Shown: positions 50,745-64,000 of the stretch, piece by piece | How the letters are laid out: each line of letters opens with the position of its first letter | How positions within the stretch are numbered: position 1 is the first letter of the stretch | From: Eledone cirrhosa | Lineage: Eukaryota | Assembly: GCA_964016885.1 (NCBI GenBank) | Contig: OZ024740.1 | Coordinates: 391,282,001 to 391,346,000 of the forward strand | Direction of reading: 5' to 3' | DNA length: 64,000 nucleotides | Made by a program: the position numbers and the translations under genes | The notes under the pieces: model-generated | The model's input: the letters and a program-made list of their open reading frames with translations, nothing else | Told to the model about the DNA's origin: nothing | Databases searched by the model: none

Positions 50745-51370
50745 CGCTATCACAAAACTACACTGAACAATCTCCACTCTGTCTCAACATCCTCAGTTTG
50801 CTCAGGGAGTTCTCTGAATTTGGATGCAATAGTATTTGCATACCTGGCCCTGATTTCCTTATCCACCAATGCTTCCCACTTCATCTTGTAGGTCACCCTG
50901 GACCTGGCAATTTTGTAGACTTCTTTGGTTTTAGGTAGCCTCAAGTTGCAGATAACTAGATGGTGATCATTTGACAGCTCAGCCCTTCTCTTAACACGGA
51001 CATTCAGCACAGAATCAAAGACATCAGAGACAATAACAAAATCAATTATTAATCTCTGTCCCTGATACCTCTTACATCATGTATATTTATAGATGTCTCT
51101 GTGCTGAAAGAAGGCGTTCATAATAGAGAGTCCATTGCTAGAACAGAAGTCTAGTAAGGTCTCTCCATTCGTATTTAGGCCATTCCTTCCAATCACTCCT
51201 TTCCATTTAAGGCCGTCAGTGCCAACATGCGCATTGAAATTTCCCATCAGGATATATGACTCTGTCTTGACTACATCTTACGCTGCAGTGACTTCATCAA
51301 GAAAGGACCTGTATTCGGACTCCTTGTCTGGTGTATAAACCTGCACCACCCACAGAGACCTATCTTTAAA
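50745..51370 (-). pseudogene. LINE (RTE-like) AP endonuclease fragment
   Basis: LMGNFNAHVG..VIGRNG..NGETLLDFC..IDFVIVS..SNDHHLV. Confidence 0.85.
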
Positions 51371-51699
51371 CATAATATACAAAAAGGATGGGGGTGGGGG
51401 TGGGGTGGGACAGACACGTGATTGACAAAATATATGCAAAAGAACATCAAAATATGTGGGGAAAATGAAAATATTTACGCCGGAGAAAGAAAGGTTCTGA
51501 CATTTCGGCTTAAGCCTTTTATAGAACTAGAGTAAGAGAGTACAAGTATAAGGAAGAAATATAAAAAAAGATGTTGGCACGATACTAAGTGGGAGAACAG
51601 ATGTAATTGAAATGGCTACATTTTGTTGAATAGGAGTGCGAACGTTAGAGCCGGAAATGGATAAACATGGCTCGGTAGACACCTTCTGAATAATGGTCG

Positions 51700-52446
51700 G
51701 AAGAGGATTAGGGACCCATCGAACATTGACCTGAGAGAGACTTGTGCACCGTCTTGACCAGCACCATCTGGCATGTTTTCGCTCGGCTTTTCAACCTGAC
51801 GGTGGTGCCTGGCTTAACGCTGTACCATCACTTGCGATTGGCACTCAGCTGGATAGCGACTGCGCATCAGTATTTTCCTGCGGCTCGTCCTCCGGATCTA
51901 AGAGCCTCACAAATGCCATAACAGTTCCACTGGATTCTTTCGGTGTCCACCCACTGTTATGTCGCTACAGTGCTGATTGTCTCCCACGCCGTGCTGCTCT
52001 CAACAAAATCATAAAGCATGGCCTGGAGCGTACAGGCTTCCCTTCCCAGCTCAAGCCAGATAGGCTGGACCAAGGGGACGTCACAAGACCAGACGAGATG
52101 ACAATCTTCCCGTGGGCTCCTCATCTGGGATACTACATGTTGTGACCCCTTCTCTAGTGGCAACCTGGTGCGTTCGGTTACAAGTCCAGGCTTCGCTGCC
52201 CGCCAGGCCGAAGAGAGCAAACTGTCAAAGTATCGGCCGCTCTCTGATTGTTTTGTGGTTGTAGCAGTGGAGATTTCCGGTGTGCTTGTCACCCGGACCA
52301 TATCCCTTCTCACTGCTATCGGAGCTGAGTTGGCCGCTCACAGGTGCGAGCCCCGCGAGGTGGAGTGGCTGTTCCAGCGCGTCTCCCTTGCCGCCCACCA
52401 GGCAATGTCTTCTCCATCCTATCGGCCGGGACCACGAGGCGGATGA
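51700..52446 (+). pseudogene. CRE-like non-LTR element C-terminus (restriction-like endonuclease)
   Basis: GAWLNAVPS..G; HPLLC..PRRAALN; RPDEMTIFPW..LIWDTTC; AEESKLSKY..VAVEISG. Confidence 0.8.
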
Positions 52447-52574
52447 CATATTAGGGTAGGAGTAGGGTGGTATACTTCAGACGAAAAGGTTAATAATGCT
52501 CTCTCTCTCCCGTCCTCTCTCTCTCACACACACACAAACTCTCTCTCTCTCGTACACAACTGGTAACAACTATC

Positions 52575-52719
52575 AAGTCCAAATCCCACCGAGTTTAGCT
52601 TTGCCTTTCATCCTTACGGGGTCGATAAAATAAAGTACCAGTAATGCCCTGGGGTTGATTTAATCGACTTTCCCCTCCACCCAACTTGCTGGCCTTGTGC
52701 CTAAAGTAGAAACAATTAT
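52575..52719 (+). mobile_element. 5'-truncated tRNA-derived SINE
   Basis: Core and tail of the dominant family. Confidence 0.8.
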
Positions 52720-52791
52720 TTGTCAGCAAACATTTGAAGAACTTAGGCAAAGGGATGAAAATGCCTAAACGAGAAAAAGACAAATAATAGC

Positions 52792-52894
<103 letters not shown>

Positions 52895-53546
52895 ATGGCG
52901 AAATCTAATTCGTGGGGAGAGTGAGGAAGAATGGAAGCAAGTTATGGAAAAGTACAAGGGCAGCCAGTTTAGTCGCCGACCACTCGCCCATGAAGCAGGT
53001 TATACTAGGTTACATGGTACCAGTAGCAGCCTGACCTGACATAAATTTACTTACGAGAATTCTGTTTCTATTTTGTATAAAGGTTAGTCTTTGAAGAGCA
53101 GTCTTAGATCTGAAGATAAATCCTATATTAACCAGTTTAATGGACACATTGATATTACTTAACTTACATAATCCATATAGCAGTAACTGGTTTGAAACAC
53201 GTCAAAGTATAGTATTCCTTTTCCTCGTTTAAATGCTTTATGCAGAGATGTTTCACTTTCTCGTTGTTTTTCACGTTAATGGTAAGTTAAACACATAAAT
53301 AGTATACTATATGATGTAAATAGACCATGTAGGTATGAATATATATGAAATTGTACACGTGAATAGGCCCGTATTGGTGGTACGTATATTTGTATCGTGT
53401 ATGAGAGAGAGGGTAAGAAATAAAACAAGTGTGAGAATGAGAGCATTCGTCGGAAGCTGGTCGACGACAATCCCTGTCACTAAAGGCTGTCTGTCACTAA
53501 AGATAACCAGCAGTCGAAAAGAGCATTTGCTTTTAAAAGGTCCGGT

Positions 53547-53563
53547 ATGTGTCTATGTGTGTG

Positions 53564-53641
<78 letters not shown>

Positions 53642-53648
53642 CGTGCGT

Positions 53649-53695
<47 letters not shown>

Positions 53696-53724
53696 TGTGT
53701 GTGTCTGTGTGTGTGTCTGTGTGT

Positions 53725-53767
<43 letters not shown>

Positions 53768-53838
53768 TGTGTGTGTCTGTGTGTGTGTCTGTGTGTGTGT
53801 GTGTGTCTGTGTGTGTGTGTGTGCGCGCGTGCGTGCGT

Positions 53839-53879
<41 letters not shown>

Positions 53880-53896
53880 TGTGTGTGTCTGTGTGT

Positions 53897-53928
<32 letters not shown>

Positions 53929-53934
53929 CTGTGT

Positions 53935-53966
<32 letters not shown>
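53547..53966. repeat. Long (GT)n/(GTCT) compound microsatellite
   Basis: Direct reading. Confidence 0.95.
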
Positions 53967-53970
<4 letters not shown>

Positions 53971-54081
53971 TTATAAATGTTTATGTATACTTAACATGGA
54001 TATAGTTAGAAACCCATGTACACAGACCCTCATATTCAAACACACGTGCACACACGGACATACTCACACACACGCACACAC

Positions 54082-54162
<81 letters not shown>

Positions 54163-54483
54163 AAATTACAGGTGAAGAGTTAGGCTGTGTGGTTACTGAA
54201 AACGATGGGGTTGAAGGTAAACAGGAAGTAAACAAGAGAAGAAAAGTATCCCTTCATCAGCTGTTTACTATATATCATAGATGTTTCGGCGCTTAAAACA
54301 GAACATCGATCCTTATCGCGCCCATAGCCTTTTATCCATCAAAAGACCACGAGGGAAAGAAGTGATAGTGAAGAGAGAGGGAGAAGAAAAAGAAGAAAAG
54401 AGTTAAAAACGAAGTAAACATACCGATATAAGTTGGGACACAGGGCAATGGCACATGTATGTAAAGTATTGTATGTGTGCGTA

Positions 54484-54583
<100 letters not shown>

Positions 54584-54765
54584 TATACATATAAGAGATA
54601 TTTATTTAATAATGTCTCATATAAAATAATACAACCAGCTATCCACGCAATACTGATTAGTTAGCACTCAAACACTAAATTGGGATAATACTTAGGTATA
54701 TCCTAATGTTTGTTGAGTGAGATGGAGTTGGTCGGAGTATCGCTTAAGGCTTTCTCTGTTTATGT

Positions 54766-54872
<107 letters not shown>

Positions 54873-54879
54873 ATATATA

Positions 54880-55046
54880 CGATTTTTTCCACCTCCCACA
54901 TATTCCATACGATTTCACTCAACATTTCGCCATTTGCTACACCTTACGACCGATTTTCAAGAAACTCGCAGTCGCTAAGATCAACACCTTTTCATCAAAG
55001 CAGATATTATTTTACCTACCCAGGCAACGCTGGGTACTGCTGCTAG
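54880..55046 (+). mobile_element. Helitron 3' fragment
   Basis: Hairpin acccaggcaacgctgggt then ..tgCTAG|t. Confidence 0.6.
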
Positions 55047-55071
55047 TATATATATATATGTATATGTGTGC

Positions 55072-55160
<89 letters not shown>

Positions 55161-55329
55161 TTGTTATATTTGGGGCTGGTCATGTTGCCAAATTTGTCAA
55201 TTGAAACACACGCATCATATAATTTTCATTTTATCTTTTTCTTATGTATGTATATTCTTTTGGCTTTATAATTTTATAAATTTTTATCAGTATAGAGAGA
55301 GTCGGTTTCTAACATAGACACATAACTTT

Positions 55330-56850
55330 CTCATTGGCATATAAACAACATCAACTAGGTAGATATGTAGGCATGTCTGCATGCGTGTGTGTGCAGGTAT
55401 GGATGTTATTGCATGTGCATGTTTCGAGGTATATCTGTACATGCGCATACGCTTTGTATCTGTATATGTGTATATGAAGTTATTACATGCAAAATTGTTT
55501 AGAATGTTTTACATATTTTTACTGTTCCATTAATGGATTGTACCTGTAATTTCCTAACTAGTTGTGTTCTTTCTGTTCCTGTGAAGCCCAGCTTCTCAAG
55601 ATTTGTACTGAAGCAGTTACTAACATATCCCAGTGCCCCAATAATCACAGGTATAAATCTGAAGGTGTAATCAGGGTGGAGTATCAGTAGATTTCTCATT
55701 AGTTCTGCATAAATATTCTCCTTTTCGCTAATCTTCGATATCATATTGGCATCTGCTGGGCAGCTAACTTCCACTGCTGTACGTGCTTTCTTTTCCCTGT
55801 CCCATATCATAATATCTGGTCTGTTATACTTGCATTTATTGGGGATTTTGACTGGACTATTCCACCAGTACTCTTTCATATTATGTATATGTATGTCTTC
55901 CACATGGCTGTAACTTTTAATATGTTTATTGTCGGAGCTATCTTTTCTACGGATTGCATTGTACAGTGTTTTGGCCACTACATCATGCCTCATAGGTAGA
56001 TGGTACCGCGATGACATCTTTGGACAGCTGCTTATGGCATGGGTGATAGCTTCGATGTTAATTCTGCAGAGTCTTCATTTGTTGTCACATCCAGGTGTTT
56101 TTCCTGCATTTATATCTATTTTGTGAATCAGGTATTTCGTATTGATTTCCTGTTCTTGGATTGCAAAAGCGTATCCTTCAAAGTGAGAGCCAATATAGCG
56201 GTTGTTGGTCCAAGATAGACTACTTTCTTTGTCTATATTACTCTCACTCTGGAGCTTTCTGGCAACATATCCATGCATATATTTTTTTGTTGATAAGCAT
56301 ACAGCTTTTCATTCATGGGTTCACTGTGGCATTGCTGGGCAATTTTCCTGGGCGTGGCTTTTCGATTATCATGCAGGGAATACCTCTCGAGAAGTTCCTT
56401 TTCAACTCTCATGATCTTATCTGTCTCATGCAGACAGACTTGCTCAATAGACGGGCTCCTACACTTTGAGGTTCATAGATGTTGTCGGAGGGATATGATG
56501 CGACATTCAAATACTGTCTGGACTGATGTTAGGCCTCTGCGATCTATGTCACTGATGATGTGGAAGTTTCCGGTACAGTTTAGGATTTTCGGGTTTTAAC
56601 ATCAATTGCTCGGATTTCGTCTATCGTCCAATCGAGTATTTCAAACGTTGGTGCTGGGACAGCACACCACACACATTGTAAGTCACTGATTTATTGTGCA
56701 CAGAGAGTTCCGATGACCATGTTTTTCTTAATCGGGTGTGATATTCCCTGGTTACGCGTTCCTTGTTACAGGTACCATAATAGGATATATTCTCATCTAT
56801 CCCCAGGTATCTGTAACATTCCTCATCAGATATTGGTGAAACAGTCAGGT
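55330..56850 (-). pseudogene. R4/Dong-like non-LTR element 3' half (RT end, CCHC, RLE endonuclease), decayed
   Basis: YRYLGIDE; MHG..EGYAFAIQEQEINTK; RLC..E.ITHAISSC..RHDVVA; NRPDIMIWD..VEVSCP..K.SEK..Y; IPVIIGALG. Confidence 0.85.
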
Positions 56851-57357
56851 ATGTAACACAAAGAGAGAAAAATAGAGACAAGTCAATGAATCCTGTGGGC
56901 TTAAGTCCGACAAATCAAATTGCCGAGGAGAAATAGACACGTCCGAGCCGCGACAAGATTGAGAGAGGAAAGAAATTCAAGCAGGTCAGACGGGAGGAAG
57001 TGAGAGAGGGGGGGGGGGGAGAAGCAGAGAGAGAGTGAGTGAAAGTGGGAGGACGGGCCAGCCGAGAGTGAGTGACCAGCAACGGGAGTTGAGGAAGGCA
57101 AGAGGTGAAGGAGAGAGAAAAGGTGATAGCAGTGAAGTGACAGAAAAAATACGAACCACAGCGAAGGGAAAAAATATGTGAATGAAGAATGGCGTGTTGC
57201 GTTGTTGCGAACATGAACATATGAATAAAAATAGACAAGGGGTAATGTCCTCATCAGTAGTCTGCTGAATGTATGTATGTATGTATGTATGTATGTATGT
57301 ATGTATGTATGTATGTATGTATGTATGTATGTATGTATCAATATCTATATCTATATC

Positions 57358-57437
<80 letters not shown>

Positions 57438-59089
57438 TTACACAAGGTTTTCAGCAAACAATAAGAAAATGCGATTCGTGATGTAGGCAAACTAAAATAT
57501 CTCATCACAGTTAACTGAGTATTTACTGATCACCTTTAATAAATCTTTATTTTTCTTATAAGTTATTTTCTATTTCACGTATCTGTTTTATTTTTCTGTT
57601 TCTATTTCCAGTAATCGTTAAGTTTTCTATTAAATTACATTTCACTTCTTATTTTACCAAAACTAATATCTTTAATTTCTACTTTCCATGTGCCTTTCTG
57701 TTGCTTACATTTAAATTATATGTCTGTTATAAGGTTTAGATATTTTCAGTTCCAACATCATTATTTTAAAGAGCATTCTCAACTATTTTTGAAAAAAGCA
57801 AAAAAACAACAACTTTAACAAGCGAAATAGCAAGGACAAATTTTACACTAATTATAACAATAACAAAAAGTAATAAAACCATTTTACAAATAAGTAAATG
57901 TATTGCTGAATAGAGAAAGCATTTAAGATCTCTCATAATGATGCCATCTTACTAAACACAAATATGATTAACATTCATAGAAAGTTAGTGCATAGCAATC
58001 ATTTAAGGTTATTGCATAACTTTTTGCAATAACGTATTTATTTAATTATTTATTGCTGTTCATTGGATTACTAGCATCTATTTTGTTAACATCTAATTGC
58101 TTTAGACTAACTTAAATCCAATGAAAGATTGCATTTAAATTTTATGGCACTAAAACGAAGCATAAATAAACAACGAATTTGTTATTATCTTCTTAACTAA
58201 CCTTTTTCTGTTCTTCAAACTGTTGATGAACGCTATTTTATCTTTATGCTTACATATAAAAAGTAATTGCAATATCTTATATATTTAGTAAACCACACAC
58301 TCTTATACATACGCACATACATATATTCCTGTGTCCAAGTGTTTACCTTTCTCTCTGTGTGTTGAGTATTGACACATTGCTAGTGAGAGTGAGTTATAGT
58401 GTATTTATCAGTTAACTCTTCTAGTGGATGACCTCTTATCTGTGGTTTTCTCTCTTATAGTTTTCACACAAGAGGTAACATACCAAGTGCACAAATGATA
58501 ACCAGACGACGTAATAAATTGTTTACAATGGGCTTATTTCTATCTATGTATTTCACCCATGCAATTGTATTAAGAATATATAGTAGTTAAAAAAGCATTA
58601 GTTAATGTACTGAAGGCTATTAAGTTGTGTACTCAAGAGCCCACTAAATTTGACCATGTAACTCAAAAAAGATTAAGTATTTATGTTTGACTTATTGGCA
58701 CAAAAACAATCCTTATTAAAAGCCAGGTTTTAAAATGCTACTTCAAATTTGTAAGTTGTGAAGGTTATAAGTTTATGAATTTATCATATAATAACGGTTT
58801 TTAATTTGGGCATCGAGACGCTGCCGAACTGTTTGGCTCTTGTTATGTGTTCAATATTTTGCCTGATGTACTTTACATGTGATTGGGAGACCAGCCCCTC
58901 TTTTCGGGATTCCACCGAAACGTATCTATATTTGAGTGTCCTTCTTTCTGTTGCTGCCATTACTTCAGCCGGAACGGTTAGGTTTGCCTAGGGTTTCTCT
59001 CTTTTAATTAGTTTAGGTGCCAGGGCCAAACGTGTTTCTTTGTCAGAGATGTGTACATTAAAAGATCTTATGATTTTGCAGCTTTGGCT

Positions 59090-59300
59090 GCAAATGTGCA
59101 GTTGTTGTTCACGGTGTCTTTGTTGTTGTTGCTGGTGGTGGTGTCATTGATTTTGTTGCTGTTGTTGTTGCCGTTGTTACTGTTGTTGTTGTTGCAGTTG
59201 TCGCTCTCGCTTGTTTTGTTGTTCTTGATGTTGCTGATACTGTTGTTGTTCTTGATGTTGCTGATGCTTTTGTTGTTGTTCTTGTTGTTGCTGGCGACGG
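59090..59300. repeat. (TTG)n-rich low-complexity tract
   Basis: Direct reading. Confidence 0.9.
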
Positions 59301-59344
59301 TAGTTTCACTCGTCTCAACGTTTGAGCCGCTGTCATGTGACAGC

Positions 59345-59835
59345 TGGCTTAACGCTCTACCGATACTGCCAATCCATCATAATAATAATAACTGTTTCTA
59401 CTTTTAGCACAAGGCCAGCAATTATCCCAGTGTATTACTGGTACTTTATTTTATTGACCCCGTAAGGATGAAAGGCAAAGTTAACCTCGGCGGGATTTGA
59501 ACTCAGAACATAAAGGGCCGCAACTCTATGCTTCAAAGCATGGCGTCCGACCCTGCTTTACAATAATGTATGAACTTCTGGTCTCACCCTACCCTGATAT
59601 AATTAGCTGTTTCATATACATATATTTTCTCATATATCCACCAATAGCTAAAACATAGACTTTTGGCACAAGGCCAGCAATTTACCAGTGCATTACTGGT
59701 ACTTTATTTTATCGACCCCGTAAGGATGAAAGGAAAAGTTAACCTCGGCGGATTTGAACTCAGAATGGCAAGGGCCGTAACTCTATGCGTCAAAGCATGG
59801 CGTCCGACCCTCTACCGATACTACCAATCCACCGC
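59345..59835 (-). mobile_element. Two tRNA-derived SINE copies (59385-59555, 59662-59835) plus a head fragment
   Basis: rc of the dominant family. Confidence 0.85.
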
Positions 59836-60959
59836 ATAATAAATCGCAAACACATAATCAGACCCACGTGATGATAGATAGAAAGATAGATAGATAGATT
59901 GATAGACGGATAAAATGACAAAATAAAAGTGTATCAGAGGAAGACATTTGGGATGTATAGACAGCAAGGGACTAAATAAGAAACATGTAAATGCAGAAGC
60001 ATTTGGCAGCGTTCAAAGATATACTAACAGTAGAGATTAAAATGCTGAAAAAGAGATGACGGCATCACTGAAAAATTAATGTTGACATAGAAATGTAGTG
60101 GTAAGGGAAGGGAGATAATGACAATTGAGATGAAAGCATAAAAACAAATAAGCAAGAAAAGTAGTTGTATGATTACAGCAAGAGATTGTGTAATCGTATG
60201 TATGTATGTGTGTAAATATATGTGTTGTGGAAGTATATGAGTGGAAGAAAAAGTGAAATTAAGAGAGAGAGAGAGAGTGAAAAAGAGAGAATGAGAGAGA
60301 GAGAGAGGGAGAGAGAGAGAGCGAGAGAGAGAAATACTAGTATACAAAAACTAAAAAATAAAAGAGAAAATACATCAGAAAGCAAACCTTAATGCAGATT
60401 TCTCTGAGACTGAAGACGCTAAGTAAAGAGACGACAGCTGTCAAAGCTCAGCGATACAGAAGAACGTATTAAAGTCCATTCACAAAATATATATAGACAT
60501 ATATGGATTTTTACCAGCTGGAAGTGAGACAGAACAGTGGAAGCGACTTCACAAATATATCATTAATCTATCAGCAGGCTAAATTTCTTCTTAAATGACT
60601 ATATCATCATTCGAAAGAAAGAACAGTTTATTAGTTTTGTAGAACTTATAGAACAAATGCAGTCTGTGAGTAAAGTTTGCTAGTCTTTCGAAACTGAGAA
60701 TATAAACATTCATTGCAAGGTATGTGGTCCAGTGGATTGAGTGGTGGGCTCAGAATAGCTATGTCATGTGTACAATTCTTTTATGGCTCAACATTTGACT
60801 TATTCCTTTTTCAAGAACACCTACTACATGACTTGAACCTGTACAAAAAATAATTCACAGAATTCTCTTTTTTTTTTATTTCCGATACATGCTATCATGG
60901 AGCATCAAGGCGCCTCCCGGTGATTAGATCAGAACTAATCTCTAAATTACACAAAATAC

Positions 60960-61310
60960 AAAAGGAGTGTAACTCCATAGATATTGTGTTTATGTACATC
61001 AGGAACCTAGACTTTTACGTAATAAATATTTATATCCCCCCACACCCACAAAGCACAGGGACAATAAAAAAATGAAGACTTCCTAGATACATCAAATCCA
61101 CAAAGCAAAACGCTAATTTCAGGGAATTTCAATGCACACCATCCATTCTGGAATACTAATATCAGGAAAACAGCATAACAGAAGGAGACTATCTCTTAGA
61201 GGTTATGAATAAACACAACTTTATTCTACATACAATACCAGACTCCCCTACCTACAAACATTTTAACAACAGAACCTCAAAAAGAGACCATTTTCTCTCC
61301 CAGCCTCTCC
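60960..61310 (+). pseudogene. Decayed AP endonuclease fragment (I/jockey-like LINE)
   Basis: INIYIPP..ISGNFNAHHPFWN..PTY. Confidence 0.6.
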
Positions 61311-61719
61311 GTTCATAGAGAACTTAAAGGGATCCCACTATCTTCTATTCTTTATTGGTATATAAGCTATTTCTTATTATTCTTTTACCTACTTCATTTT
61401 ATTTGTATGCTATAATGTATCTCTCACCCACTCTTCTTAGTCTGTTATCCCTACTTCTACTCCTCCGTCATTAATTTATGAATCTTCGTATTTTTATTTC
61501 TTTCTCGATTGGAAGATCCCACTCGCAAGTTCCAAACTCATTATATATATCGCAAAAAAGAAAAGAAAAGAAAAGAAGTTCATTGTTTCTGAGAAAGAGG
61601 GTGAGATAGATCAGAGATTTTGAGACTAGAAATAGATAGCGACATAACCACTACCTGTAGTCGATATATCGATCTACCACGATCTGAAATGATCGTAAAA
61701 CAATGAACTAATTCTGCAA

Positions 61720-61812
<93 letters not shown>

Positions 61813-61945
61813 AATATATAACTGTAGCTTGTGTAGAATCTTCGAGGAAATCTTACGCAATGAGAACCTACTACAAAAAGCATAGCACTCACCGCCTAAT
61901 CTTGCTGAAACTATCTCTTCAGGCCTAACCATAAACAGGTGAAAA

Positions 61946-61988
<43 letters not shown>

Positions 61989-62487
61989 TTGGAAATTTAG
62001 TAAAATCGAATCTTTGGCGGTTTGCAAGCAAATTCGGCCTACTTATATGAAATGATGAGTTAGCAAAGCACTCGATAAGGTAGGTCCTTAGAGTAATAAC
62101 ATACGTTTAAATAGCTTGACAAATCGAACATTGTGGTAGACAAAATCTAACACACAATAATATACCAAAGTAACGATAGAACTAACAGGTTGAGAAAAAT
62201 ACACCTGGACAAATCAAACGATTATACGTTTAAAGTGTTTCTTTGAATCCGAAATCAAATATAAGACTTATCTGACTGGCAAGCTCGTGATATTAATGAT
62301 CGAACAGAGGATTCAGTTCTTCAACAGGTTTTCGTTTTACCCAGGACGGGGTGATAGGCTAAATGTTGCCGCTAGATGCAGCGTATCGTATCTATAGCTG
62401 TCACGTGTTAATTCCAGCAATATATATATATATATATCTATATATATTGGTTTTATATGTATGAAAGACCAATGGAAGATTGAAAAA

Positions 62488-62550
62488 TTAGAAAGACCAA
62501 TAGAAACTTTGTTTCCTCGGTCCGGTTTGACGAAAGTCGGCCGACTGTCG

Positions 62551-62609
<59 letters not shown>

Positions 62610-62828
62610 CAGTCGATCGATTTTCGTCAAATCGAACCGAGGAAACAATGTTTCCATTGGTCTTTCTAATTGCTCATACTATCTGTCGGTCGCAACTCCA
62701 GGTAGAAGAAGCAACTTGAAATAAAGTGTCTTGCCCAAGGACATAACGCATCGCCCAGCCCGGGAATCGAACTCACAACCTCACGATTGCGAATCTAATC
62801 TCAAATCACTCAGCCACGCGCCTTCACA
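62488..62828 (-). mobile_element. CORE-like SINE (62606-62828) with an inverted copy of its tail (62488-62551) across a (TA)n tract
   Basis: tttgacgaaagtcggccgactgtcga (TA)n tcgacagtcgatcgattttcgtcaaa. Confidence 0.8.
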
Positions 62829-62912
<84 letters not shown>

Positions 62913-63680
62913 ACGCATGAGTGTGTTATTGGAACCCGAAACTTCGAGTAATATTACACTGCTGTCGATATGAAGTAAATTATATGCCGAAAGTTCACAA
63001 GATTCAACGTCCAATGTTTACACTAAGGTTTATACGCCATCCCACTCTCTTTCGCTTCTCTCTCTCTCAGCATATAATTATATTTATCATATTATTCATA
63101 CAAGTAGTATGCATAGCGCTACATTGGGTTTAAAGGTCTAGGTATGGTCTCATCAGCAGACTGCACACTGTGGTGTAGTGTGCATGAAGGAGCAAAGTGA
63201 GTTTCGATTTTGTGATTGCAAGGACAGTCATGGCTCATTGAAGGTTTTCGCACTTGCCTTATTGAGATAGCAAGATTCTATTTGCATATAACACATTATA
63301 TGCAAAGCGCTCTCATAAAAGTTAAGGTACATAATTCATAGTGCATGTTTAATGCTTTGTGGATTTTTACTTTCGTATTTAGCCATTACAATTGATTCCA
63401 TTTAATGTTTGTATTTGATGGAGTCTCTAAAGCATAAATATCCTTTTCGACAAACAATAATCACTACAGAAATATAACATAAAAATGAAATAATGTTTAT
63501 TACATAAAACAAATACTCTCGGCTATTGAATAAATAAATAGTTTCTCACAAAACGTATATGGCAGAAAATAATAACCATTAATGTTAATCATAAATTAGC
63601 ATTCGTATCATATCATAACACAAAAATGCAATAGATCAGGAGAAACGCTGTCGGTCTAAACGCCATACATTACTTAATTT

Positions 63681-63737
<57 letters not shown>

Positions 63738-63967
63738 TATATATGTTTAAAAGAGTCGAAGTCAGTGTTGCAGCATATGTACAAACTTTATTTGCATATT
63801 ACAATTGTTTCGATATCAATCAGCCCAGGGTACAATAAGATGACGGGGGCCCAACTTTTTTCGACATCTCATCAGATATGCGAGCTTATATTTGCAAAGA
63901 TACATCTAAACCGTAACAGCATCAAGTGCTTCGAACGTCGTGCCGCTTGTTACTGTTGTTACACATT

Positions 63968-64000
<33 letters not shown>

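Noticed and set aside
57225-57265. CTGATGA-ggac..gtct on the minus strand
   Set aside because: No GAAA or stem III/I completion, so not called an HHR
58800-59407. Leu-rich 118-aa ORF and possible PLE N-terminal remnant on the minus strand
   Set aside because: ORF derives from the (TTG)n tract; the PLE resemblance (SDKETRLALAPK) is too weak to call

Overview
AT-rich, microsatellite-saturated eukaryotic non-coding DNA (intergenic or intronic). The repeat content suggests an octopus/cephalopod genome, which is an inference. No host protein-coding exon, rRNA, true tRNA or CRISPR array is supportable, and most ORFs in the track are (TA)n/(CA)n/(GA)n artefacts or antisense shadows. The window is a mosaic of transposable elements: a Penelope-like element (PLE) with an uninterrupted RT + GIY-YIG frame in a 3.3-kb fold-back, a decayed RTE LINE, CRE-, R4/Dong-, CR1- and Tx1-like fragments, a maT/mariner transposase fragment, MITEs, Helitron ends and many tRNA-derived SINEs. 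The most striking hidden layer is RNA-structural. By eye I find over 20 complete or near-complete hammerhead ribozyme (HHR) folds on both strands, from about 10 sequence families. They sit in (i) PLE pseudo-LTRs, (ii) 312- and 322-nt tandem non-coding retrozyme-like units and (iii) small ORF-less fold-back elements inserted in (TA)n tracts. They show compensatory stem changes, recurrent non-canonical cores (CCGANGA, CAGAAGA) and a shared 3'-tail motif. All folds were read manually, and activity is untested.
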